This document shows, in pieces, positions 8,204 to 17,547 of a DNA stretch of 60,252 nt; the stretch's first letter is position 1; each line of letters opens with the position of its first letter. Made by a program: the position numbers and the translations under genes. Under the pieces are notes generated by a model that had not been told where the DNA came from, made no database searches, and saw only the letters and a program-made list of their open reading frames with translations. Source of the stretch: Clostridiales bacterium (lineage in GTDB: Bacteria > Bacillota > Dehalobacteriia > UBA7702); NCBI GenBank assembly GCA_036644995.1, contig JAVXOZ010000011.1:1-60252 (forward strand), in the 5' to 3' direction.

Positions 8204-8364
8204 CAGATTGTCAAAAACATAGTTTTTTGGTAAGATGTCAGGCTGTTAAGAAAGCCTTAGATTTAGCAAAACTCCCTAAGCAGCGGCTGTGCAGCATACA
8301 TAGATGTACATAAGCAGTGTGTGAGAAGGGATTTTACCGAATATCAAACTTTATCAACAGCCTA
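8204..8364 (+). repeat. structured palindromic repeat/MITE-like element, copy 2
   Basis: same ends and interior as copy 1; flanked by 23-bp inverted repeat. Confidence 0.9.
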
Positions 8365-8383
8365 AAACATCCAAATTTGGTTG

Positions 8384-8526
8384 TTTGCTGATGAAATCAA
8401 TGCCAAGAAAGTGATTGGGTTATGGCACAGCTGAGGAACTTTTTGAAGAACAGATTCACCTCTTTTATCAACTTTGCGGAAAATTTGTTTATTTTAACAA
8501 TCTGCTCAATTTGTTATTGCAATTTT
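8384..8526 (+). pseudogene. IS30-family transposase C-terminal relic with probable right IR
   Basis: FADEIN / PRK*LGYGTAEELFEEQI (frameshift and stop) resembles IS30 N..PRK.LGY.TP.ELF; followed by TCAATTTGTTATTGCAATTT. Confidence 0.55.
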
Positions 8527-8540
8527 TAGTTGTTTTAATG

Positions 8541-8587
8541 AACTTGGTTTTTTAGTTAACTTGGTTTTTTAGTTAACTTGGTTTTAG
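8541..8587. repeat. tandem 17-bp repeat (AACTTGGTTTTTTAGTT x2.7)
   Basis: read directly. Confidence 0.85.
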
Positions 8588-8610
8588 CCAATTAATTTAA
8601 TACCGTAATT

Positions 8611-9363
8611 TTATTTTTTCTTATCAAATATTCTTTTAGCTACGATAATGGCTTTTAGCTCACTGTGGCGCATGGCTATTTGGTTTGTGCCGTCACCTAA
8701 AATATAGCCTGCATCTACCAAATATTTAATATCTGCCTGCCAATAATTGGGCACATCTTTAACGTTTTTATAGTAAGGGTTTTCCCTGTCAAAGGCTACC
8801 CAATCCACTAAATTACTTTGGTAAACGCTCATGTCCTTGGGGTCTTTAATCGCCCCTAAATCAACCCTTAACTGTACGGCTGGTCTTGCCCACTGTGGGA
8901 CATCTCCAATTTTTTTATACATCATTTCTTCAGCCTCCGTATTGTCTTTTTCTACGACATCATAATTTTTAAAATCTATATAATCACTGGGTTTTAAAAG
9001 ATTTTTATTGTAGCCCCAATTTGCTGAGTTTTGTACCTCTATATGCAAATGCGCACCAAAGGAGTGCCCTGTGTTGCCCATAATACCTATATAGTCACCT
9101 ACTTTTACCTTGCCAACCACAGGTGAACGTAGCTTCATATGTGCCATTAAAACCACTCTGTTTTCCTCGGTGCGTATGATGACCATATTGCCATAACTTG
9201 GGTCTTTTTTGTTGCTGATAATAGTTCCATTACAAGGTGACACTAAAGTTCTATCACCATCACAAACCCAATCCTCCCCGGAGTGATACCCCGCAGCCCA
9301 ACTACCGGGCTTTTTAAACGGAGTAGTCATTCTGGCATAATCTAAAAAGGGTGAACGCATCAT
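8611..9363 (-). CDS. M23-family peptidoglycan endopeptidase with C-terminal wall-binding-like repeats
   Basis: HSGED, YGN.V.I, AHM, GNTG.SFGAHLHIEV; tail DVPQWARPAV / DVPNYWQADIKYLVDAGYILGDG; GGAGG RBS. Confidence 0.88.
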   Translation of the reverse strand: MMRSPFLDYARMTTPFKKPGSWAAGYHSGEDWVCDGDRTLVSPCNGTIISNKKDPSYGNMVIIRTEENRVVLMAHMKLRSPVVGKVKVGDYIGIMGNTGHSFGAHLHIEVQNSANWGYNKNLLKPSDYIDFKNYDVVEKDNTEAEEMMYKKIGDVPQWARPAVQLRVDLGAIKDPKDMSVYQSNLVDWVAFDRENPYYKNVKDVPNYWQADIKYLVDAGYILGDGTNQIAMRHSELKAIIVAKRIFDKKK

Positions 9364-9544
9364 TTTATTTTAACCTCCTCCAAGGCTATTTTTCTATATA
9401 AATAAAAATAAGCCCATTAGCTTAGAATAATATTTGCTATTATCCTCACTTATAAAATATGAAGAACTTAGTTAAAAGGTGCATTAATTATATTATTTTA
9501 TACATCAAACTTAAAGATTAATTGCCCTTAGAGATTATAAATAA

Positions 9545-9634
9545 AAAACCTCCCAACGGTTAATTGTAGTGACCTCAATAAGTTAGTTTTTAGGTCTAAC
9601 TTATTGAGGCCACTACAAATGTTGGGAGGTTTTT
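9545..9634 (-). terminator. terminator of MFS gene (interrupted by mini-IS)
   Basis: AAAACCTCCCAAC / GTTGGGAGGTTTTT outer stem. Confidence 0.75.
9565..9617. mobile_element. 53-bp IS3-family (IS150-like) minimal element: two fused terminal IRs
   Basis: TG...CA ends, 22-bp IR with 1 mismatch (TGTAGTGACCTCAATAAGTTAG), 3-bp AAT duplication at 9562-9564 and 9618-9620. Confidence 0.75.
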
Positions 9635-9720
9635 GTTTAATTTATTAGCATATTTAACGGTTTAAATTTATTGGATATTAAAACATTTTTATTGGATAAT
9701 TATCAGTTTTTATTCATTCG

Positions 9721-12579
9721 TTACTGTGGTGCTATTTCATCTTGGGGCTTTTTTCTTTTTTCCTTATACAGCAGCAGCAATATCATACCCAATGCCGAGG
9801 CTATAACCACTGTGGCATATACCTGTTGAAAACCACCGTTAAGTGTTGCTTGAAATTCGTTTTCAATAGCAACTTTTTTTCCATCTATCTTCTTTAAATA
9901 GTCTTTTTCCGCATCTTTAAAAGCACCGGGTATTGCCTGTTTAAGGCTGGTCATTTCATAAATAGTGCCGCTCATAGTGCCTTCTGCATTTTTTATGCTT
10001 GCCATACCTTGTGCCAATTCTGTTTTACCTGCTTTTGCGGATTTTATTTTACCATTTAAGGTTTTTATACTACTTTTAAGTTCATTAATTTTTTTATTCA
10101 AATCATCGGCTGTTTTCACTTTAGCTAAATCCGCCAAAACATCCTTGGGCATAGATGCCTTAACATCCGCCGGCATTAAATCTACTATGCTATTGTAATT
10201 TGTATATTTACTCATCATCGCTGCCACGGATTTAAGCTGAGCCATAGCTGTATTTTGAGCCGTAAGTCCTGGACTCATTTGGCTTATTGCGGTATCCTCC
10301 TGAGATATTTTTGCCTTGGTCGGCTCTATTTCTCCATTTATTTGGTCTATTTCACCTTGTATTTGGGCAGTTTTATCCCCTATTTGAGAAACTGCGGTCA
10401 TACCGGATAAAGCACTTAAAACCTCGGAAGAAAGACCTGCTTTCACATCTTCCGGCAACATTTCCAAAAGATTGCTACCCTCACCACCGCCTAAAGCTGC
10501 GGCTGCAATATTATATTGATTTATCAAATCTTTTTTAACGGATAAAGAGGATTCCATACCCTGTATGCTCTGTTCTATCCCTGCTTTACTGTTTTTAGCC
10601 TCGTTTATTTTGTCATTTAGGGCATCAATACCACCCTGTAAACCTGCAATTTTAGCATTTAGGTCTGAGGCGGTTTTAACCGTGGCTAAATCTGCCAAAA
10701 CATCACTGGGTATCTTATTTTTCACATCAGGGGGCATTAAATCCACCACGCTGTCAGCGTTGGTTTTATCCCCCATTTTTGCCATCATTACCGAAACTTT
10801 TTCCAGTTGTCCTAAAGCCTTTTGTTGAGCTCCAAGCCCTGTGCTCATACCATTTATGCCCTTACCAATACCCTTATAGGCATCTTCCATATCAGGTAAA
10901 TTGCCATCCATATCTACTATGGCAGCGTTTATCCCCTCAATACCGCTATCCAATCCATTTTCTATATCCAGTATCACATCAGGGGTCATTTGAGCAAACA
11001 TAGCTGAGGCAAAAGTTTTGGTGTTAGCCACAATATTGGTAACATCCGAGGTTTGCATCATATCCTGCAAATCTTTGGGTACCTTAAAATCGCTGTTGTT
11101 GTTCATATTTATTTCCACTTGATCCAGTGTGGCAAGGTCGGGAATATCCATATTGGCAAATTGATCTTTGGTTTTTTCATCGGTTTTTAAAGTATTTATT
11201 TCCAAGGTTAATTCTTGGGCATAGGGCAAAGGCGGTATTGCGGCTTCATTAGGTAATAGCTCCATAATATTCCCCTGAACCCCAATGCCTGCATGAGCCA
11301 AAAAACCAATCATAATAGCCGGTGCTATCGCAGTGCCTATAGAGCGAATAAGGGAAACCGTAGCCAAGGCAGATGTGGACTCCTTAGGGTCGGTATTATC
11401 CAGCATCATATAGTTTAGGGGCGTACCCATGGTAAAGCCTACCCCCACACCAATAATCATTAAGCTCACCACAATGGTGATGAGATTGGGGTGATTAGCC
11501 GCTACCAATATTAAAAATAAGGCACCGGCAATAGAGGCAAATAAGCCAAAGCCCAAAACTATTTTCACCCCATATTTATCTATAAGTTTACCGGAAAGTG
11601 GGGCACCGATTCCTGCACACAGACCTAAAATAATAACATAATAGCCACCGCTGCCTGTTCTCATTTTCATGGCATTTTCCGAAAACTGAGGTACAAATAT
11701 CATCCCCATCATCACCACCCCGGTGATAAATGCCAAAATTAGAGTGATAATAATTTGAGAATTTTTAAAATAGGATAAGTTCAGCACAGGGTCCTCTGCT
11801 CTTTTTTCCACCCACACAAAAATGGGCAAAAGCACAATAAAGGTAAGCAAAAACGGATAAACAGCAGTGGTTTGCAAAGTACCTAAAAAATTGAAAAAGT
11901 CCACATTTTTCAAGCCATATAGCAAGGATAATACCATAACCGTTAAAATAGTAATACCCACAAAGTCTATTTTTTTTACGCTTTCTTCCTTGGTATTGGG
12001 CAACACTATAAACCCTGCTATGAGAATAAATAACGTGATAGGCAAATTAACATAAAAAATAAATTGCCAATTTGAGGTGCCAAATATATCTAAAATAGCA
12101 CTCCCTGCCGATGCTCCAAAGATGTTTGCCATCCCAAAAACACCACCAACCAAGCCCAAAGCCATACCCCTTTTTTCCGGAGGAAAGGTAGAGCCAAATT
12201 CCGCAGTTGCCACAGGTAAAATTCCACCGCCACCAATGGCTTGAACAGCACGGGCAACCAGTAAAAAGCTAAAACTGCCCACGCTTTGTGCCAGCCCACA
12301 AAGTAAAGAGCCAAAACCAAAGAGGAAAATGCTAACCAAATAGATGTTTTTTCTCCCTAACCTATCGGCTAATTTTCCCATTACCGGGATGCTGGCTGCA
12401 TAAGCCAATGTATAAATGGATATTATCCAAACCCCTATTTTGTCATCCACCAGTAGGTCATTTTGAATAACTGTACGTGCAGGTGTTACTATCCCCGTAT
12501 CAATTGCACCCATGAAAATGCCCAAAAGATACACCGCCATAATTAACCCAAAACTCATTTTTTTATTGCGATCTGTCAT
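9721..12579 (-). CDS. DHA2/EmrB-like MFS transporter with large repeated coiled-coil insertion before the last TM
   Basis: GKLADRLGRK, ARAVQAIGGG, WQFIFYVNLP, GKLIDKYG MFS motifs; about 480 aa hydrophilic heptad region; final TM GFQQVYATVVIASALGMILLLLY. Confidence 0.92.
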   Translation of the reverse strand: MTDRNKKMSFGLIMAVYLLGIFMGAIDTGIVTPARTVIQNDLLVDDKIGVWIISIYTLAYAASIPVMGKLADRLGRKNIYLVSIFLFGFGSLLCGLAQSVGSFSFLLVARAVQAIGGGGILPVATAEFGSTFPPEKRGMALGLVGGVFGMANIFGASAGSAILDIFGTSNWQFIFYVNLPITLFILIAGFIVLPNTKEESVKKIDFVGITILTVMVLSLLYGLKNVDFFNFLGTLQTTAVYPFLLTFIVLLPIFVWVEKRAEDPVLNLSYFKNSQIIITLILAFITGVVMMGMIFVPQFSENAMKMRTGSGGYYVIILGLCAGIGAPLSGKLIDKYGVKIVLGFGLFASIAGALFLILVAANHPNLITIVVSLMIIGVGVGFTMGTPLNYMMLDNTDPKESTSALATVSLIRSIGTAIAPAIMIGFLAHAGIGVQGNIMELLPNEAAIPPLPYAQELTLEINTLKTDEKTKDQFANMDIPDLATLDQVEINMNNNSDFKVPKDLQDMMQTSDVTNIVANTKTFASAMFAQMTPDVILDIENGLDSGIEGINAAIVDMDGNLPDMEDAYKGIGKGINGMSTGLGAQQKALGQLEKVSVMMAKMGDKTNADSVVDLMPPDVKNKIPSDVLADLATVKTASDLNAKIAGLQGGIDALNDKINEAKNSKAGIEQSIQGMESSLSVKKDLINQYNIAAAALGGGEGSNLLEMLPEDVKAGLSSEVLSALSGMTAVSQIGDKTAQIQGEIDQINGEIEPTKAKISQEDTAISQMSPGLTAQNTAMAQLKSVAAMMSKYTNYNSIVDLMPADVKASMPKDVLADLAKVKTADDLNKKINELKSSIKTLNGKIKSAKAGKTELAQGMASIKNAEGTMSGTIYEMTSLKQAIPGAFKDAEKDYLKKIDGKKVAIENEFQATLNGGFQQVYATVVIASALGMILLLLYKEKRKKPQDEIAPQ

Positions 12580-12662
12580 GTTTTGCCTTCTTTTCTTGTT
12601 TTATGATATTATTTTCGGTCTGTTAGGTATTATATTGGTTTAATTTTTTAAAAATGCGTAAT

Positions 12663-13088
12663 TTATTGATTATCTGCTATTAATTTATTGGAATTTTTAG
12701 CCATTTTGCCAATAATACGTTCCATCTCCTTAATATCCTCAGAACTTATCCCTGCATAGATATTATCATTCCACTCCTGCAATATTTGGGACATTTCACC
12801 CAGCACCGCATTGGCTTGGGCAGTTATGGATATGCGTTTTTCCCTTTTATTTTCAGGATTTTCCTGCCTTTTTATTAAGCATTTTGCCTCAAGCTTGCCT
12901 ATGGTTTTGGCAATGGCACCTTTATCTATACCCAAATGTTGGGCTATTTGCTCCTGATTACACTCTCTGCCTTGACTTAAATACATAAGCACCAACTGCT
13001 CGGGAAAGCCTAAATTTCTATTCTGCAATTTTCTTTCGGAAAACACTCGCATTTGCCTTACAATCATGGATAATTCATTCATTAACAA
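12663..13088 (-). CDS. MarR-family transcriptional regulator
   Basis: QEQIAQHLGIDKGAIAKTIGKLE..LIKRQENPENKREKRISIT; AAGGAGG RBS; upstream of MFS. Confidence 0.93.
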   Translation of the reverse strand: MLMNELSMIVRQMRVFSERKLQNRNLGFPEQLVLMYLSQGRECNQEQIAQHLGIDKGAIAKTIGKLEAKCLIKRQENPENKREKRISITAQANAVLGEMSQILQEWNDNIYAGISSEDIKEMERIIGKMAKNSNKLIADNQ

Positions 13089-13345
13089 AGTAATTTACCT
13101 CCTTTTACCCTATAAAAAAAGCTATGCACCGTTATTAACTAAAAACCTGTATCATTGGGATTTGAAAAGTATTAGGTTAAGCACCTGTACCGAGCAGTTT
13201 ATTATCTCTAATACATTAGCTAAAACCTTGGTTAAAGAATTATTTACTTAAACCTGTTAATTAAAATACCTTTATTTAGCCTTGCTAATTCAAAATACCT
13301 TAATTTAAACTTTATTACTTAAGGACGGGCATTGCAAATTTAAAG

Positions 13346-13457
13346 TTACTTGCTTACTTGCTTACTTGCTTACTTGCTTACTTGCTTACTTGCTTACTTA
13401 CTTACTTGCTTACTTGCTTACTTACTTACTTACTTACTTACTTGCTTACTTGCTTAC
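13346..13457. repeat. microsatellite of 28 TTAC/TTGC tetramers
   Basis: read directly, 112 bp. Confidence 0.95.
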
Positions 13458-13556
13458 TTTAAACCTTATTTTTTAAAATCAACTAATAAAACACATCACT
13501 TAAGCTTTGTTATTTTAGGTGATAATGCAAATAACGCCTTTAAACCCCAAAGCACT

Positions 13557-13585
13557 GTTGTCTTAACAACTGTTGTAACGACAAC
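13557..13585. promoter_or_regulatory. two tandem GTTGT-N4-ACAAC palindromes, candidate MarR operators
   Basis: 13557-13570 and 13572-13585, immediately downstream of a minus-strand -10. Confidence 0.6.
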
Positions 13586-13586
13586 T

Positions 13587-13615
13587 ATACTATAACAAAA
13601 CCCACCTCTTGTCAA
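13587..13615 (-). promoter_or_regulatory. sigma-A promoter facing marR-MFS
   Basis: TTGACA - 17 bp - TAGTAT. Confidence 0.65.
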
Positions 13616-13871
13616 TACATTTTTGCAAAACAACAAAAAATCTGATGCAAAGTGAACAATTTCACCTACACCAGATCCCAGCAATATGGCAATTATTAAA
13701 AAACAACCACCATATCCAATATTCAATTTTAAAGTCAAAGATAATCCAATTTCAAACCATTGAGATTGTTTAAACCATTGAGATTGCCAATTCAAAGCCA
13801 CCCTTTACCCCAAGTTAAAATCGGATTACATATTCCCAATACCAAGGTAAAGCCTAACTTAAACTGCCATG

Positions 13872-13909
13872 GCACTTTTAACATAGCACTTTTAACATAG
13901 CACTTTTAA
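13872..13909. repeat. tandem 14-bp repeat GCACTTTTAACATA x2.7
   Basis: read directly. Confidence 0.8.
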
Positions 13910-14011
13910 AAACATTTACCAATTTAATTTAAGCCCACGCCAAAATTTTACGTAAAGAAAAATTGCAATCTAATTTAAAGCACTTACCAAGCTTGAGCAC
14001 GTATCGCTTTT

Positions 14012-14293
14012 TTATAAAAGAACGTTAATCACCATGTAAACCAATCTTTCCAGCACAAAAAGAATCAGCATCAAAATCATAGGGGAAAAATCCACAGGCA
14101 AAGCCGCCGAGGGTTTAAACATCCTTCTAATTGGAGCTAATAGAGGTTCTGTCATACTAAAAATAAACTGGTAAATTTTTCCATAGGGATTTATGCGTAC
14201 CCAAGAAAGGATTACACGAGCCAATAAGATGATAAAATATACTTCAAAAGCAATATTCACACATTGAAGTAATAAAGCTGCAAATCCGCTCAT
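14012..14293 (-). CDS. yggT: YggT/YlmG family membrane protein
   Basis: ILLARVILSWV..NPY..TEPLLAPIRR..DFSPMI; in ylm cluster. Confidence 0.93.
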   Translation of the reverse strand: MSGFAALLLQCVNIAFEVYFIILLARVILSWVRINPYGKIYQFIFSMTEPLLAPIRRMFKPSAALPVDFSPMILMLILFVLERLVYMVINVLL

Positions 14294-15108
14294 ATTTTTC
14301 CTCCACTTTTATTGCCCAAGGCAACACCTTTTTCTGCGGTTGCTACCACAGCTTCGATAATATCACTGCGAAAACCCCCTGCTTCCAGCTTACGCACACC
14401 CTCAATGGTGGTACCACCGGGGCTTAAAACAGCATCTCGCAGTTGGCTGGGTTTAGCATCGGTAGAAATTAATAATTTCGCCGCTCCCAGCATAGTTTGG
14501 TTAGCTAAAGATAATGCCAATTCCTTTGTTAACCCAACTTCAATACCGCCCAGCACCAAGCTTTCAATCATAGTATAAAAGAAAGCAGGCCCCGAAGCGG
14601 ATATAGCCATGGCGCCATTCATAATGGTTTCTTTAATCTCCTCAACCTTGCCAAGGGTTGAAAGCATATCCACTACCCATTGTTTTTCTTTTTCATCCAC
14701 ATATTCATTGGCGGTAACCAAGCAAACACCTGCCCCCACCGACATGGCGGTATTGGGCATTATGCGAATTATTTTGGCATTGGGCAATTTTCGGCTTAAG
14801 GTAGATAAGGGAATACCTGCCATTAGGGAAATAATAATTTGCCCACTTCTGTAATTTTCTGCCAAAATATCTTCAACATCGGGATATATCTGGGGTTTTA
14901 CCGCAAGGAAAAGCACCGAAGAGCTTTTAATTACATCTTCGTTGCTTTCCATTATTGAAACATCATATTTATCATGAAGAAAAGTTCTTCTTTCACGAAT
15001 AGGGTCAAACAAGAGATACTCCAAGTTTAAAGCTGCTGCCTTTTCCTTTAGACCCCCAATAATAGTTTCTGCCATTTGACCGCCGCCTAAAAAACCTAAG
15101 CTAAACAT
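14290..15108 (-). CDS. proC: pyrroline-5-carboxylate reductase
   Basis: GFLGGGQMA, LAVKPQ, RIMPNT, SGPAF, SPGGTTIEG. Confidence 0.96.
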   Translation of the reverse strand: MFSLGFLGGGQMAETIIGGLKEKAAALNLEYLLFDPIRERRTFLHDKYDVSIMESNEDVIKSSSVLFLAVKPQIYPDVEDILAENYRSGQIIISLMAGIPLSTLSRKLPNAKIIRIMPNTAMSVGAGVCLVTANEYVDEKEKQWVVDMLSTLGKVEEIKETIMNGAMAISASGPAFFYTMIESLVLGGIEVGLTKELALSLANQTMLGAAKLLISTDAKPSQLRDAVLSPGGTTIEGVRKLEAGGFRSDIIEAVVATAEKGVALGNKSGGKI

Positions 15109-15141
15109 AGAGCACTCCTCATTCTACTATTCTGCAATTTA

Positions 15142-15624
15142 CTATTCCACAACAGAAAAATAGCTTTCTTTGTCTTTCATTTCTTCAATACGACCAACCA
15201 AATCCACTTGTCCCACAGCAAATATAAAGGTATTGCTGGAAACACGTTGAATGCTGCCACTCATAGCGAATGTTGTACCACTTAAAAAATCTATGGTTCT
15301 TTGTGCCTGAGCAGAATCCATACAAGCAAAGTTCACAATAACTGAACGACGCTGTTTTAAATTTTCGGCTATTCTTTCAACTTCGGCAAATCTTTTGGCT
15401 TTTACCAAAACCATTTGTACCGGGGAAGATTTTTTTTCTTCACTTATATGTTCATCTCTACCATATAAATCTGTGGTGCTCCTTTGATAACGATTACGGC
15501 GAAAAGAATTTGTATCTCTACTTTCAAACTCGTCGTCTTCTGCATAAAGAGAATCTTCTATATAATCTTCCTCGTCATCGGTGGGAAAACCAAAGAATCT
15601 CTTAAATGTTTCGTTCAAGGCCAT
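15142..15624 (-). CDS. sepF: cell division protein SepF
   Basis: acidic N-terminus, IAENLKQRRSVIVN..AQRTIDFLSG..GSIQRV. Confidence 0.93.
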   Translation of the reverse strand: MALNETFKRFFGFPTDDEEDYIEDSLYAEDDEFESRDTNSFRRNRYQRSTTDLYGRDEHISEEKKSSPVQMVLVKAKRFAEVERIAENLKQRRSVIVNFACMDSAQAQRTIDFLSGTTFAMSGSIQRVSSNTFIFAVGQVDLVGRIEEMKDKESYFSVVE

Positions 15625-15639
15625 TATTCTACCTCCTTA

Positions 15640-16326
15640 TTATGAGCGAGCACCAAATATACTTGTGCCCACTCTTACCATGGTTGCGCCTTCTTGTACT
15701 GCTACGATATAATCATTACTCATGCCCATGGACAGTTCTCTCATTTTCACCTTAGGCAGAGTTAATGTAGCCAAATATTCTTTAAGTTCTCTAAGTTCCC
15801 TAAATACACTGCGGATTTTTTCTTCATCTGCCACATGGGGTCCAATGGTCATTAGCCCCTGAACCTCAATATTGGGAAACCGAGAAACTTCTTTGAGAAA
15901 GTTTTCTACTTCCTCTTTTTTCAAACCAAATTTTGTATCTTCATCGGCAATGTTTACTTGCACCAAGCATGGTATCTGACGACCAATTTTCTCGGCTCTT
16001 TTTTGAATTTCCTCAGCGAGTTTTAAGCTATCTAAGGAGTGAATCATGTAAACTTTATCTATGATATACTTAACTTTATTGGTTTGAAGATGTCCTATTA
16101 AGTGCCAGCGGATATCACAAGGAAAATGAGAATATTTATCCATAACCTCTTGAACACGATTTTCTCCCAAATCCTTCATTCCTGCGGACACTGCTTCTTC
16201 AATAATATCAACACCCAAAGTTTTGGTAACTGCAATTAAACGAACATCAGCCGCTGCATTTGCAAAACCCACTTTGGCATTATCTATATTGCTTAATACT
16301 TCTTTTATTTTACAGGCAACTTGCAT
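15640..16326 (-). CDS. yggS: pyridoxal phosphate homeostasis protein (YggS/YlmE)
   Basis: LIAVTK, GENRVQE, WHLIGHLQTNKVK, LSMGMSNDY, GATMVRVG. Confidence 0.96.
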   Translation of the reverse strand: MQVACKIKEVLSNIDNAKVGFANAAADVRLIAVTKTLGVDIIEEAVSAGMKDLGENRVQEVMDKYSHFPCDIRWHLIGHLQTNKVKYIIDKVYMIHSLDSLKLAEEIQKRAEKIGRQIPCLVQVNIADEDTKFGLKKEEVENFLKEVSRFPNIEVQGLMTIGPHVADEEKIRSVFRELRELKEYLATLTLPKVKMRELSMGMSNDYIVAVQEGATMVRVGTSIFGARS

Positions 16327-16581
16327 AAAAATCAACCTCTTTTTTGAATTTTTACTTAAAAATATACATATTTTTCTTCTTTTCTACTTATTTTGAGGCT
16401 TAACCATTACATAATGCGCTAAACTTCAACAAATTTACATATTTCGCCCCGAAAATTGTGACTTTTTATATTACTTTTTTAGGTTAACCACACTTGATAA
16501 TATTGCCAAAATTTTATAACCTTGGAGCAAAAACTGAAATTTGCCATAACCAAGGATTTACCTTGAGCAAAATTCCACATT

Positions 16582-17325
16582 CTAAATTTTAAGGGTAAAC
16601 TTATGGCTTTGAGAATATGTGCCACCCAATAAAGATACATTAACAAACCGTTTATTAAACCAAATATCACAGGCTTTTAACTGGAAAATTAAATCCAAAC
16701 CCTCATCTTTAATCCCCACAAACACAATTTTTCCCACTGTTTCTTGGGCTTCTATTATGCACTTTATTTCATCCCCAATTTTGGGTGTAGCTTTAAAAAA
16801 ACCTTGAGGGCAACAAATGCCTAAATACGGTTGCCTAAAATTATCTATGGTTTTAAAAACCACATCCCCTTTTTGGCAAAATTCCCCAGTGGCTTGAGGC
16901 GGATAATTTTCCTTTTGCTCTATTATTTCACCCACGGAGATATCCCCAATATTATTGGGTGTTAATATGGTTTCCAGACCATCTGTTTTATAAAATAACA
17001 AACCCGATTGAGAGCTTCCCACTACAACATTTACATCATCCGCAGTTAAATCCGTAACAGCAGATTTAATTTTTACACCTATTTCCCCTCGGGCAATGCG
17101 TTTGTCGGGTAAGGCAATTTTTTCTACTTCCCCTCGTCTATCTGCATAAACCAAGTTCTCTTGGTAAAACATAACACCTTTAACCACAGAATAACCACCA
17201 CGGGATTCCTGGGCAAAAGCGGTTTTTTCTTTCACAAATATTTGGGGGGCAACATAAAAAAGAGAAGCACCAACCACCGCCCCAAAAAGGGAAAATACCA
17301 GTATACGATAAAAGAGAATTTTCAT
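16582..17325 (-). CDS. membrane-anchored HlyD-like adaptor-domain protein (conserved upstream of ylmE in Clostridia)
   Basis: N-terminal TM, SGLLFYKTDGLE..LTP, KGDVVFKTIDN, WFNKRFVNV; gene position. Confidence 0.7.
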   Translation of the reverse strand: MKILFYRILVFSLFGAVVGASLFYVAPQIFVKEKTAFAQESRGGYSVVKGVMFYQENLVYADRRGEVEKIALPDKRIARGEIGVKIKSAVTDLTADDVNVVVGSSQSGLLFYKTDGLETILTPNNIGDISVGEIIEQKENYPPQATGEFCQKGDVVFKTIDNFRQPYLGICCPQGFFKATPKIGDEIKCIIEAQETVGKIVFVGIKDEGLDLIFQLKACDIWFNKRFVNVSLLGGTYSQSHKFTLKI

Positions 17326-17547
17326 GATGATTTTCCACGTTCCTTTTATTCCCTATTTATTTACATTCCCCATTAAGTTTTCAGTTCCGCCATATTTCCC
17401 CATCAACATATTTTTCAATAGCATTGGGTTTATATATGGCATTGGAGTGATAACAGCATTGGAGTGATATAGCAGCACGGGTATAATATCCATATTAATT
17501 TATTTTACCACAACTGCCCCCAACCCCTAAACTGCCACATGGTAAGT

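Noticed and set aside
5093..9400. Continuation of the island or an intact prophage to the right of tRNA-Thr
   Set aside because: Integrase side and att lie left of the tRNA; only housekeeping or orphan genes and relics here, and no duplicated tRNA 3' ends seen
13350..13595. 81-aa ORF LTCLLAYL repeats
   Set aside because: Product of the TTAC/TTGC microsatellite; no RBS
13652..13665. Rex-like GTGAA-N4-TTCAC site
   Set aside because: Outer TT/AA bases missing and the site is upstream of the -35; could be chance in AT-rich DNA
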